The notes beneath the pieces are model-generated. The model made no database searches. It saw only the letters and a program-made list of their open reading frames with translations, and was not told where the DNA came from. From positions 620,001 to 684,000 of the forward strand of contig NEEC01000023.1 of the NCBI GenBank assembly GCA_002189035.1: DNA of 64,000 nucleotides. The letters run 5' to 3'. The first letter of the stretch is position 1. Every line of letters starts with the position of its first letter. Source of the DNA: Utricularia gibba (lineage: Eukaryota > Plantae > Magnoliophyta). The position numbers were made by a program, and so were the translations under genes. Of the stretch, positions 27,131 through 39,397 are shown in pieces.

Positions 27131-27415
27131 ATTTATAGAATCAGCAGTTCACCAGAGTGATGTTGGTGCATTGCGACGCGCGAGTCTACGCGCGTGGATC
27201 TATCCGCAGGAATTTGCCACTCTCACCTACCCCGACTCAACCCAACTACTTATTGCCCAGGTAAATACAATATTTACTGCGGTATAAAATTACCCCTAAT
27301 ACGAAAACAAAAGAAATAGGAATATCTTGTACATTAAACAGTTGACTAAATGCATCTTAATTAACAATTTCGCCTAATTGCGGCGGATTCATTTCACTAA
27401 CCCCTCTCACCTAAC
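27131..27415 (-). promoter_or_regulatory. MetE promoter: TATA box, CGCG boxes and AC elements
   Basis: CTATAAAT at 27131-27138 (minus); two CGCG-box cores near 27175-27195; ACCTACC at 27225 and ACCTAAC at 27409 (MYB AC-element consensus). Confidence 0.45.
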
Positions 27416-27959
27416 TCCTACACTATGACTTTTCCCCCATTTTTTTTGGACTCATACAAGGTATTACAAAGGTATTAAAAAACTCATAAGCATAAATAGC
27501 TTTACATTGGAGCTATATTTACAAAATTTGAGATAAAAAATTTATATTATACAATTTTTTAAAGCATACCATGGATTAATAATCCATTCATGCCAATTTG
27601 ATCTAGCAAAAATATTAATTTCTCGCATTCTTATTCATTGATAACTTAAATTATAAATTGTATTTTGTCAAATATATTTTAGATCTAAACCCATAAACTG
27701 TATATTATCATTTTAAACCATATAATTAAAATTTCAAATACCTAACTTCAACACTTATAAAAATATTGATGAGAATGATGGAATGTGGGGGTGTTTTTTG
27801 TTTTGACTTTTGAATAATGAAGTGATTTTGTGATGGGTGGCTGCAGTTGGCGGGGGCGGTTGATGAAAAGTAGGCTGGTTAGGAACAAGAAAAGGGGGTT
27901 TGGTGAGATCTCGACTATAGGGCCCACAGCCCGTATATTGGACAATTCCATTGACGGAA

Positions 27960-28542
27960 ATGCCCCTTCCACGCACTCCTCCAAACTGCTGACGTGCATG
28001 TGCCTCCTGCGATCTGACAAACAGAAGATTGGATTTGTGGAAGAGGAGTACGCACAGCCTGGATCTTCGTCGTCTTCATCGGGCTACCTGTTCCAGACGA
28101 CGCTGGTGTGGGTGGGCAAGGTGCATTCCTTGAACCAACCTTTGTGATGCCACAGGAATCCACATTTCAGGGCCTACTGGTATGATGTCCTCATCCCCTG
28201 TGATAACCAGAAGCATAACAAAGAGCAGTGGAAAAAGTGCGAATCGGGAGTGATTCAACTTCAGCTCCAAGAAGGGGAAGAAAACCCAGAACGATGTATA
28301 TTGAAGAACTATACCATGACTCAACAATGTTGCCACTAAACAATCCAAGAAGGTTCCCACAATACAAGAAGGGAAAGGAAGTATACCTCAGGGTTCACCA
28401 ATGATCGGCACCCACTGCAGAGGAGCTAAACAATCCATCAGGCTCGCAGTTCACTGAACGTCCCTGGCATCAGGAAGAGATACGGTGAGGTATAACCTTC
28501 CGGTGCACTGCGCCGGGAAAAACCTCCGGGTGCCGGCTGCAT
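27960..28542 (-). pseudogene. p23: Decayed HSP90 co-chaperone p23-2 (CS domain) pseudogene
   Basis: Across frames: SRHPEV / AQ...YLTVSLPDARDV / SVNCEPDGLFSSSAVG...VNPE | intron 28198-28386 | ...HKGWFK...VVWNR*PDEDDED; matches recalled plant p23-2 ([42 protein letters not shown]...VDWNKWCDEDEE). At least 2 frameshifts, 2 in-frame TAG (28174-28176, 28084-28086) and internal deletions. The 3' limit is approximate. Confidence 0.85.
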
Positions 28543-28785
28543 CAAGTGAAAATCTAAAGGCCTCCGGAGCCTAATCACCACAGACGATTCACACAAGCAC
28601 AGTATTTATCTTTCAAGCGATGAAGAATTAGGGCGAAAGATTGAAATTCCCAATTTGCGTTTCAAATTTATACAAGTTTCGAATTAGGGCACAAAATTGG
28701 AAATTCTCTCTCCTCCGGTGGTGGATACGTATATATATATACACGCGAGTTGTTTCACGGAGGCCACTTCTCGACGTTCCGTTTG

Positions 28786-29462
28786 ATGTCGAGATATCTC
28801 CGGCAATCATTCCCACAATTGTCCCTCCGCCGGCCGCCGGCTGCCAGAATCATTCACTACCGCTGCGGATCCTCCAAGACCGAACATGCGGAAATTATCG
28901 AAGTCGAAATTGATCAGGCCGCTTCCTCGCAGAACAATTCACGGGAAGATGTAATCGCGGCAGGGGTAAAAAAGCTGGAGGACGTCATCCGCACCATCGT
29001 TCTGCGCCTCGCAACCCCAGATTGGCTTCCCTTTCTACCGGGGTACTCCTTCATGGTGCTGCGCCATGTGAAGGTAGAGAAATCCAACCCTGCTGGAGAT
29101 CTGCCTCAGGTCGTTGGGAAGTGGGCTTCCTCCAATTTAGAAAAAGGCCCAATCTTGCCCCTTGAACTGTCATCAGATGAAGAAATGGTGACTGTCATGT
29201 CTCATAGGGGATGGCCTGCTTCATCTTTCTTCATTCCAGGTGATAAATCTGATCCCTTATTCATTGCCTTAGCTCCATTTTATCTTCAATAGCAACGAAA
29301 CAACCTGCCTTTAGAATCTAGTGCACCCTCCTCATGGTTTTGGTTGCAGGATCTTCTTCCTCAGTAGACCCTATTCAAGTGGTTGAAGTTCAAGTTGACT
29401 TGAGAGTTGAAGATGACCATGAAGGTGCAGCCTCTTCACATAACACCGAGGAAGAGGACTAA
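28786..29462 (+). CDS. Plant-specific uncharacterised protein (At1g16840-like), probable organellar transit peptide, 2 exons
   Basis: TPDWLPFLPGYSF and LSSDEE...RGWPASSFF motifs; intron 29240-29349; acidic C-terminus ending EEED*. Confidence 0.7.
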
Positions 29463-30880
29463 TTTCATCTAGGTTGAGCTGCTTCACCAAATCCCTCCCT
29501 TCGGATTTAGTAGAATCTTGGATCAGAAAATGGAGGAGATGGCTGTCTTATGTCTTCTTGCTGTACCCCCCCTGCAGACCATCGATTCTTCTTTTTCTTT
29601 TTCTTCTACTTCCATTGCTATATGGCTATATGGCATTAGCTCACAAAAATCAGCATCCTATGTTGATTAAGAAAAAGCTACAGTTGAATTGTCACTGAAA
29701 GATCGAAGTGCCAAAATACTACGACTTGGAAATATCAGGAATCCAGAAACAGGACGAGCATGTAGCCATTGAGATTCAAATTCCCAAAATGTTTTAACAG
29801 TTATGGTTTGTAGAGGAATAATTGCATGGAGGGTAGGGATGTGCGGATGATATTGGGTAATTCATGACCTTATGATATTGCTTGAACACCATTAATGCTA
29901 CTTTAAGATTGACTAATAAGAAGGATAATCATGCAAAAGTAAATTCAAACGAAGGAATATTCTAACTCAATGGATCTTGTAGTCCGAAAAGCAGGGTGAG
30001 TTAAGGGAGGAGATGGCAGTTCCGTAATATACGCCGCATAAGAGGGTAGACTTGCAAGGACTGTCACTAAATGCGTTTTTTTTTTTCAGCGCATTTAATG
30101 CCTTCAAAAATATATATAATTTCCACTTCGAACGAGTTTTTTTGACCGTTGCTTTTCTGCAGTTCACCCGCTCCGCACTCGAGAATCGTGATCGCCTCCT
30201 GGGTCGTGGTACGGATTCTTGCTTTGTGCTTTCAAATTTCGCTTCCGTATCGGACCTGCGGCTAAAACTTCTGGTCTTCTTCTTTGAGTTTACGGGGAGG
30301 TTTGAAGAAGATTTAAGGTTGATATTATGTGAGTGTATCACGGAACGTGAAGGAGACAAAGAATTTGAATGTTTTACTGAGACTGGGGAAGCAGAGAGTT
30401 TATTATTTGTGGGTTTTCTGTGATTCTGGAGTTGATTCAGTTTTGCGCGTCCAGAGACAGAATTTGGTTACAACATTTATTACATCCTTTGGTTTTGGTG
30501 TGCCGCCATTCTTCAGTTCCATTTCAAAAATCAGATTTTTGACCTCGTTTCCATTGTTCCTTGTCTTGCATCGCATGATTCTCCTGTAAAATGACTGGAA
30601 ACAGTGAAATTTGTATGTGTACATGACATAGTTTGATTCTTTCTACCCAAGGATTCTGTAAACTTACATGTTTTGCGCTATGGGGTTGTTGTTTCATTTT
30701 GCTTTGAACTCTGAATCAGCCCTTGCGCTGATTCTCAAGTTGTTTGATTTTGTTCTGGGTGTCGAATTTATCTACATACCGTGTCCGTAAGAAGAAGTGT
30801 TTTATCTTGTTTCTTCTTGATCATGATTTCTGGTACATTGCTGCAGGTTTTTTCTGTTTCAGTTTATATCTGATATCAGA

Positions 30881-33190
30881 ATGGGATGTTCTATATCAAA
30901 GCTAGATGATGAAGAGGCAGTTAAGCTCTGTAAAGACCGAAAGAACTTCATCAAGCAGGCTGTGGTACAGAGGCTCAAATTTGCTGCACGGCATGTCGCT
31001 TATCTGGAGTCCATGAACCGTGTTTCTGCTGCACTTCGAGTGTACATTGATGAATGTAATGAGGCCATCTCGTCGACGGACTCATTCGCAACTCCGAAAA
31101 AGACGACGACGGCTCCTGGTTTCATCTCTGCAGCACCCAACTCCACTGGTGCAAATTCACCCTGCAGACTGAATTTCTTCAAGGCTGAGAGAACTCCCTC
31201 TGTGCTTGTGGAAGAGAGAGCAGTCCCTGCATCTCCAAAGACCCACAGAGTTCAGACTTATTCTCCGGTTCACTCCTCGTTCTTCCTCTACTCACCCAAC
31301 AACAGGCCAGAGTACGCCCCTCCTTCGCCTCAGTCATCGGAATGGGATCTGTTTTGGAACCTGTTTTCTTCGTTCGACTACTCCGGGTACCATGCGAGAC
31401 GCAGTCTAGGTACGGGGATACAGAATGAAGAGGATGAATGTTTGATGCATGTTGGAGGAGAAGAAAGGATACCTCAGTTGGAAGAGGACACAGGATATGA
31501 GGATGCTGATGATCAAGGTGTTTCTGCGTATAGAGACAATGGAAAATCCAGCTGTGAAAACCATGGAGAAATTGAAAACAAGACATGTATCCTAAATCAA
31601 ACTTCTGAGAATGAAACAGGTCTTGCGAATGGAGAATCCAAAGATGAAACACCAGGATTCACTGTCTTTATATATCGAAAGCCTACAAGTATTACCGAAG
31701 TTTTCAAGGATCTTGAGGATCAGTTCTTAGCTGTTTGTGAGGCTTCTGGTGAAATGTCTTCTATTTTGGAAGCCAGAATGGTTAGTCCTCCATCATCACC
31801 GAATGATGCCACAGGTATGATTACATACAAAGTTCCCCTGCTTGAATTATTTGATGCTGCTTCAATTCAAACAACAGATTTTCACAACTGCAGCTCGGAA
31901 AATGCTGAATCCAGTAGCGCTATTTAGGTCATCTTGTTCGCTGTCTTCAAAGCTGTCAGCCAATGCTTTGATCTCAAAAGATGAAGGCTTCACCAAGGAG
32001 TACTTCATTTCAGGGAGTCATCAGGCATCACTTGACAAATTGTATGCTTGGGAAAAGAAACTCTACCTGCAAGTCAGGGTATGTCTCTGAGCCCAGATGG
32101 ATAACTTTCAAACAGATGCTTAGATTGCTTCCCTTTAAATCACAATGTGTATACATCTTACAAGGCTGGCGAGCGGATTCGACTGGAGTACGAAAAGAAA
32201 TGTGCTCAACTGAAAAACCAAGATGTGAAAGAGGAAGCTCCTTCCCTTGATGATAAAACAGGGGTTTCGATAAGAGACCTCCAAACTCAAATAACAGTTT
32301 CAGTTCATTCTGTTGAAGCAATCTCAAGGAGGATTGAATCTCTGAGAGATGAAGAACTGCAACCTCAGTTAGTCCAAATGGTGCAAGGGTATGCAATAAT
32401 CCAAATATGCTGCTCTTCATCAAAAAGCAATCCACTACTCAGTGTCAATGTGCAACTTCATCTGATAATACTTGACACTTCAACACTTGTGATTTTGGGC
32501 AGGCTAGCAAGAATGTGGAAGATGATGGCAGAGTGTCACCAACGGCAGACACGTACGTTGGATGAAGGCAAGGGTTTACTAGGTTCAAAGTTCTCCACTA
32601 AGGAGTGCGAGATATCATCTCCGTCTGAACCAAACAAGCTCTCACATTCGATTCAAAACCTCGAGTCAGAGATTAGGAACTGGAGGGCTTGCTTTGATGC
32701 ATGGATCGTTTCACAAAGATCCTATGTGCATGCCCTCACTGGCTGGCTATTACGGTGTGTTCCAATGGACTTAGAGACACTCAAATCTCCATCCTCACAT
32801 GATCAGCCCAATGGGATTCCAACTATATTCCACATATGCATTCAGTGGTCTAGATTTCTAGACTCCATCAAAGAAGGCTCTGTTCTGGAGGGGATGGACT
32901 TCTTTGCTGCAGGGATAGGTTCATTGTATTCACAGCAGGTTCGGGAAGATCATAGAAGCCTACCTGATGGGGCTGAAATGGCTAGGACATCATCAGACCT
33001 AGTGAATGCAGGAGAGATTAAAGATGGAGAAAATATGCTGGATGTAAATATCAGAGTGGTTTGTGCGGGAATGTCTTTTGCTGTGAATGCACTCACAGAC
33101 TTCGCGAACACTTCAGCACAAGGGTATGCAGATCTGATCCTTCATTGGGAGAACGGAAAGGAGCAAACATTGCATGAAAATGGATCCTAG
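30881..33190 (+). CDS. DUF630/DUF632 protein (NRG2/APSR1-like), 4 exons
   Basis: MGCSISKLDDEEAVKLCKDRKNFIKQAV (DUF630), PPSPQSSEWDLFWNLF, SHQASLDKLYAWEKKLY, LRDEELQPQL, WIVSQRSYVHALTGWL (DUF632). Confidence 0.92.
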
Positions 33191-33570
33191 GTGGCCGTAG
33201 AAGCAAGTTAGATGCTGCAGATTATTTATCAGGGAAAGATCATGTGAGCAATTTTTGCGTATCCCATTTTTCACATTAATCTTTGTTGAAAGCACTGCTT
33301 TCTGCCTAGTTCTAGTAGAAAAAAAAAAAAAAAAGAAGAAGAAGCCATGTCAAGTCCTGAACTTTAGCTTTGATGAAGTTTTGTGAAGCAATACCAGGTT
33401 ACTTATTCAATAATTGTAACACAGGATGACTTTTAGAAGGATGAAAAATAATCAAAATAAATATAAACAGAGAGTGGTTTTGTTGCAGAGAGAACTTCAG
33501 AAAACTAGGAATGCAACACTTTGAGGAAATGGGAAGCATGGGACACGACGTAAACTTACAAGCGATAACC

Positions 33571-34020
33571 TTAATCAAAGAGTGAGAATCCCATATCCTC
33601 GTCACTTTCTTCCTTCTCTTCCTTTTTCTCTTCAACTGAAGGAGCTTCCGCAGCCGCACCACCACCGCCAGAAGCCGCCGGTGCTGCAGCAGCCCCACCT
33701 CCAGCGATAAAGCCTCCACCTACGCCTCCACCAATAATCACCTACGCGAATCACACCGAGAACACCAGTCCGAAATAATTATTCACAGAACTCGAAGTAA
33801 ACTACATCACGTAAACAAGAACCTGGAATACGGCAGAGTGAGGAGTAATGTAGGAAAAAGAAGACTGCACGCCGCCGGAAGAATCGGAAGCGTACGCTGC
33901 TTGGACAAGCTTGCGCTGGAGATCGTAGGTAGTCCCGGCAGACGCCTCCAGATCCCCATTGAGCTGCTTCCCGCTCCAATCTCCGTCGGACTGCCTAACC
34001 ACAAACGTGAAAACTCCCAT
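33571..34020 (-). CDS. RPP3: 60S acidic ribosomal protein P3, 2 exons
   Basis: MGVFTFVVR...[17 protein letters not shown]...SAVFQ|VIIGGG...[20 protein letters not shown]. Confidence 0.95.
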
Positions 34021-34275
34021 TTCACCGACTGACAACGAAAACTGCCGCCGCCGCGTGAAATTTTGAAATCAAGCTATTAAACTAGGGTCTCTTCCTAATC
34101 TTTGGACTGATAATTATTATTAAAAAAATTCTAAAATTTAAATAATTCTATAAATATATTTTTAAAATTGGTTTAACCGATTTAAACTATTGTAAAAAAT
34201 ATTCCGTCCGAAATGATGAATAAATTAAAAAATGAATCGAATCCGATTTTAATACATTAATGGTCTTTAATTTAT

Positions 34276-35789
34276 CTAATCGGTATCATTAGTAAACCTT
34301 AATGACTCCAACGAAGTCTTGCCCCGGAGGGGTGTCCTTTGTTGGAAATTGACATAATCCCGATAGATAATGGGCTTGAATACAGGGGCTTCTCCATGGG
34401 CAAGTATTGGTCTCGCGGGCCCAATAACGTTTGACCATCCAGGCCCATGGCCCACGGCAATGGAGATTCTGGTTTTCACGCCATTCACGGTTGCTCTGTG
34501 CAGCACACTCTTGTACCTTCCATTGCTGAGTATCTGCACCAGTTCACAAACCGGTGAATCTGAACTTGCAGGAGTCAGTTAATTACCTGGGTTCTTCGCC
34601 CATACCTCCAAATAATCTCCAACAAGGATGATAAACGAGGCTGGCACAGCGGGGACGGCAATCCAGTAGTCGTGTGGCTTGACCTGCAAACCCTCAACGG
34701 CGTTATCGATGATGACGGTGATGCAGCCGTGATCCGAATGGCTAGCCAGCCCCAAGGTCTTGTTCGGTTCCGGGCACGGCGGATAGTAATTGGAGGCGAG
34801 GATTTGGGAGGCTTCTCCGAGAGACTGCTGGATGTAGTCACAAGGGAGCCCCAGGCTCTCCGAAATGGCCCCCATGATCGCTATTGCTAGTCGTCGTACA
34901 TGCTCCAAGTACTCTCTGCACACTTCCCTGAAGTGCACCGGGAGTCAGTATGATGACGGAACCTAGGAAAGGCATGACGGGTACCGGAAACTGACCTGTA
35001 CTGAGGAGGATTACGGGGCCAGATGTGAAGAGAGCTGTCAAAAGGGTATCCGTGATGCCTTAGGTAGTCTCTCCAGTAAATTCCATCGTGTTTTTCAGGG
35101 GTGTTCAGGCTTGTCCCGTACCTCACCGGGCTCATCACATCCTCCGATGCATACGCCATCTTCTCCTCCGAACCCAGACCGAAAAACGCCTCCGTTGTGG
35201 AGATCATCCTCTCCATCATCAACTCCACCTCCTTCCCATTGCTTGAAACCTGAAGCAGAGCTAAGATATCACACCGGACCATTGGAAGAAGTAACCACTT
35301 CCTTAACAGACTAGACGGTCAGAAACGGCTCCGTAAAAGCAGCCTGAACCCGGTATATCATTCCGGCTAGTGGATTCCATGTAAAAGCAGGCGTTATGTA
35401 ACTGTCTACGACTCATGGTACCATCTACATCAATTCTGTTTTAAAGGAATGAGATATCAACTCACCCTGAAGACTCCCCACTCCGCACACGCGGCGCCGA
35501 TGGACTCCACGGCAGAGGCTCTGCATGCAGGAGATCCGCCGAGGCGAGCGACGTCGATCGTTGGGATTTCAACTGCGGGCACCGCGGAGAAGGGGATCTG
35601 GTCCGGAGGCAGCTTAAGAACGAATTCCGGCGGAAGTGTTTTCATCCATCCCGTGGAATCAAGCAGGTTCTTTACCCCCCGAGCATGCTTACATTCTGCG
35701 GCGGAGGAGAATCTACTCCTTGGCGGCAAAATCTGGCCACCCTTTGGTGCCCAAGGCGCACTGCCGGTGAGGAGTGTGACACCGTTCAT
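34276..35789 (-). CDS. 2-oxoglutarate/Fe(II)-dependent dioxygenase (DOXC; DMR6-like/F3H-like group), 4 exons
   Basis: IPTIDV...AACAEWGVFR, WRDYL, NYYPPCPEP...HSDHG (HxD), ILSNGRYKSVLHRA (His), RISIA (RxS). Substrate not inferable. Confidence 0.9.
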
Positions 35790-36130
35790 CTTCACAAGGA
35801 ACACTAGAAACGATAGGAATAAGGTGGGCCGGCGGTTCTGCTTGCAGATCACAACCACCCCAGAAAAAATGGTCCAGCACGCTCCCCTCATTTTCTTTCT
35901 TTAATATTCACAAAGCGTACTTATTGTGGGAGGCTGGGCTGATCAAATGAGATGATACAGTTAATGGGAGAAAAGTATCACAAAAGTTGCAGACCACCAC
36001 CATTCTTTAGATGGTGAGTAAGCTGGGGTGAGCATCGAGGTGATGAAGCTCTTTGATCTGTTGCTACATAAAAGCATCTACTACACTGCTCACTGTCAAA
36101 CAACGCACAGGGCGAAACCGAGCTGCTGGG

Positions 36131-36188
36131 TTATTGATACCAGTCGACGGGGGAGCTTATGTTCTGGGGAGGATGTGGAACCAAGCAG

Positions 36189-36221
<33 letters not shown>

Positions 36222-37265
36222 CATTGATGGAAGCCATCACCAATGGGGGCCCTGCTACTTTGCCTTTGGGCCACATCGTCGTCTTCTACATCCATTGCCT
36301 CCTCTTCTGCAATGTATTGGGCATCCATCATATCGGAGTTCTCAGGTTCAGTAACGAAGGAAGGCTGTGATGGTGGTGCCCATGGAACAACAGCTAGGCT
36401 GCTACTATCTGATCCGGACGCATCAGCCTCTGCTTCTTCATCATCATCTCCCATCAAAATGCTCGATCTTCTGGGCAGCAGAACACGATCTGGGGACGAA
36501 ATAGGACATTTATTAAGAGTATGAAGACAGAAATATGGTGGCATTAGCTATACAAAAGTGCAGCAAGCCAGAATCAACAGAGTCTAACTCCAGCGAAGGC
36601 TAATAAATACAGTAGCTAAAAAAGATTCATGTTCTTAGATCGGCATTCTCATTCAAGAGTCCAATCAACATTCTTCATTCAAGAACTAGAAACAAGATTC
36701 TAACTTTCTCATAAAAAAAACTAGTGGTAACTATTCACTTACTCTTGATCCCCGATAGGATTTGAGGACTAACAGAAACTAAGAAATTGGATGGAGATGA
36801 AGGAATGAAAGAAGATGACGCTGTACTATTGGGATTAAAGAGCACGATCGCTCTTTCTTCATTAAGTGGCTCACTCGATATTTCTTCAATTTTTATTGCC
36901 GCTTTAGAATTATAACCGAATTGGGGTTCCCCGGCAGGGGAATATTCAGAGACTAAAGGCATCTCACATTCTTCCTCCTCCACAATCGGAGGCAACTCCG
37001 CATCCTAAATTACACAAAACGAAAACCCCATTATTCACACTACAGAGACCAGGCTCAAAATCAACACAATAACGGCATCTATCAACACTACGGAATGCAG
37101 GATCCAGTAACAAGAAGACAAAAACATACAGCGTACCAGCCTTCGGATCTTCCTGGCGGGAGAAGAGAGGGAAAATTCAGAGAAATCATCGCTAAACTCT
37201 TCCAGATCCTTCCTCTTCAATTTTAGCAGACAGTAGTCCTCCATGATCCTCGACGCACTCGACAT
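36131..37265 (-). CDS. Plant-specific uncharacterised protein with poly-Gln tract, 3 exons
   Basis: KRKDLEEFSDDFSEFSLSSPARKIRRL|DAELPPIVEEE...NEERAIVLFNP...LAVVPW...WQQQQQQQQQQHC; canonical GT-AG junctions; start at 37265 or 37244. Confidence 0.75.
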
Positions 37266-37939
37266 CAAAAGGGGAATACAAAACCTTAGTCTTTCGAGTC
37301 GCAAGAAGGCGTTGAAAACACGAAGAATTCGAAGGGAAAAGGCAAAAAAAGAAAGAAAAAACACGAGAAACTTCGGAGAATCCCAGGGAAGGATCTACGG
37401 AAGTGACCCCAGCAAAACCTTACTCAATAAACTTCTAGATTTCTCCAGAAGCGGGCCCCAGCTCATCCTATTATTGGGCCTCAACTTGGGCCCAGAACTG
37501 CAAGAGTATGCTACTCCTTATTGGCTGGAGTTTTTTTTTGTTTCGATAAAATATTATTCTTATTGCAAAATTAAAAAAAAATCACCTATGATTCTCAATT
37601 TATTGCATGGAGTTGTATCATCAAACTTCTAGAATTTTCCAGAGTGGGGCCCAACGTATCCTGTCAATTGGGGCCACTGATAAAAAAATATTAAATGTTT
37701 TTTTTTTAAAAAAAACTTTTTCGTTCATAATGGAGATTATCCACAAAAATTATCCTACAAAGATCTATCATAACCCATGTACGCATTTCAAGTAAGAAGA
37801 TTTTTGTGAAGAAATATCTACCTGGAGCAAAACTCACCATTGAAGTACGAAGATAGGAACAAAAGAAAGTCACGGGGGCGTTCCATGACAAGCTTAACCC
37901 AGCCACACATTTCTCCCTTTTCTTCCTCTATTTCTACCA

Positions 37940-38655
37940 ATGGAGAGCTGCTCACACCCCCATGGCTTCTTCTCCGTTGCTTCCACTCGCAGTCGCCCTC
38001 GCCGCTCTCGCGTTCAGCTCCCTCCCGGGGATGCCCTCAACATAGGCCTGCAAGCCCACGCCGGCCTTTCCATGGTACAAGCCTCCTCTTATCGTGGTTT
38101 CACAAGCAACTTTCTTCTTCTACTCACCTGTTTTGTTCCTTGGTGTAGTATAAGGACTGTAGCAGAACCTGCGAATCCATGTTCTGCCAAGGTAACCACC
38201 CCTCTCTCTCAGATTGGAAATGACCCTCTTTTGTTTTGTTAAGATGGATCAGTTTTGTTTCACGACAGTTGCACCATTTCTGCGGTATGGGAAATACTGC
38301 GGAGTTCTGTACAGCGGGTGCCCGGGAGAGAAGCCCTGCGATCGCCTCGACGCTTGCTGCATGAACCACGATCGCTGCATCGGCAAACACTCGAGTGAGT
38401 TTTCTCGTTACATTGTAAACTTATCCCGTATCAGAACCAGAAAAAAAAGGCAAAATTGTGGGGCGTGGGTGCAATGCAGATGATTACCTGAACCTGCACT
38501 GCAACAGGGAGTTTCTGAACTGCGTGGAGGCATTCAAGAACTCCGGGGCACCCGCATTCAGGGGTAACACATGTAAGGTGGATGAGGTCGTGGACATCAT
38601 CAAGGATGTCATGGAGGCTGCTCTCATCGCCGGAAAACTCCTCGGAAAACACTAA
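37940..38655 (+). CDS. PLA2-ALPHA: Secretory phospholipase A2 (PLA2-alpha type), 4 exons; signal peptide out of frame in this sequence
   Basis: CSRTCESMFC, LRYGKYCGVLYSGCPGEKPCD (Ca-binding loop), LDACCMNHD (catalytic His-Asp). Signal-like MASSPLLPLAVALAALAFSSLPG from ATG 37962 is one base out of frame with the mature domain. Confidence 0.88.
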
Positions 38656-39036
38656 GAGGAAGAAGAATCAACTGTAAACAGCCCTATTTTCATTGCTGTT
38701 CTAATTTCGGAAACTCTCCAGCTCATCATCTTCTTCTAGATATCCCAAGTTTTATTTATGTCAAAGCAATCGGGTACCAATAAATATGAAATTAATTTAA
38801 TAAAAATAAAACACAGTAGTATACACTATACTGAATGAGTTGTCTAATTATCTGAGATTTGAGGGGGTATATTGCAAATACCAGAATTATCATTTTAGTC
38901 ACTTTCTTAATTAGGAATGCGAAAGAGAGGTAGGGGCATTTGCGTCTTCTGCCGAAATCCCTAAATCGAGCTTTATTTGACAACGTCGACAGTACGATTC
39001 GCAAACTTGGTGCTTGGGAGTTGGAGTACGATTACA

Positions 39037-39186
39037 ATGGCGTCGAAGGTTTCTGTTAAGCCTGGAAACAGGAAGGCGGTGAAGAAGTCGGCGGCGGAGG
39101 CCGGCAAGGGATCTACGATAGAAGCGGCGACCAAATGTGTTAAAGAATGGACCTTGGCAAGAGAAGATATTATAAAAAACTTATAA
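39037..39186 (+). pseudogene. TOM7: Truncated TOM7 (mitochondrial import receptor subunit) relic
   Basis: MASKVSVKPGNRKAVKKSAAEAGKGSTIEAATKCVKEWT resembles the plant TOM7 N-half (MAS.VSLK...CVKEWS/T); the expected TWAMKKAKVITHYGFIPL TM half is absent and a stop follows after 10 unrelated codons. Confidence 0.68.
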
Positions 39187-39397
39187 TCCGAATCGTTGAT
39201 TATGAAAAATATTGGGGCCTCTTTCGTACAGAGAACAAATATAGGGACCAAATTCGCTAAAACCAAATTCCTCCCAATTCCAGAAGCTCGCAATTTCAAC
39301 AAGCCCACTCCCCCGCCCGATGTTTCTCTGGAATGGTGGAAGCTTGACTGCTTACAGGGTATCATTTTTGTTCTAGAAGCTCGTTGTACGGTTATCA

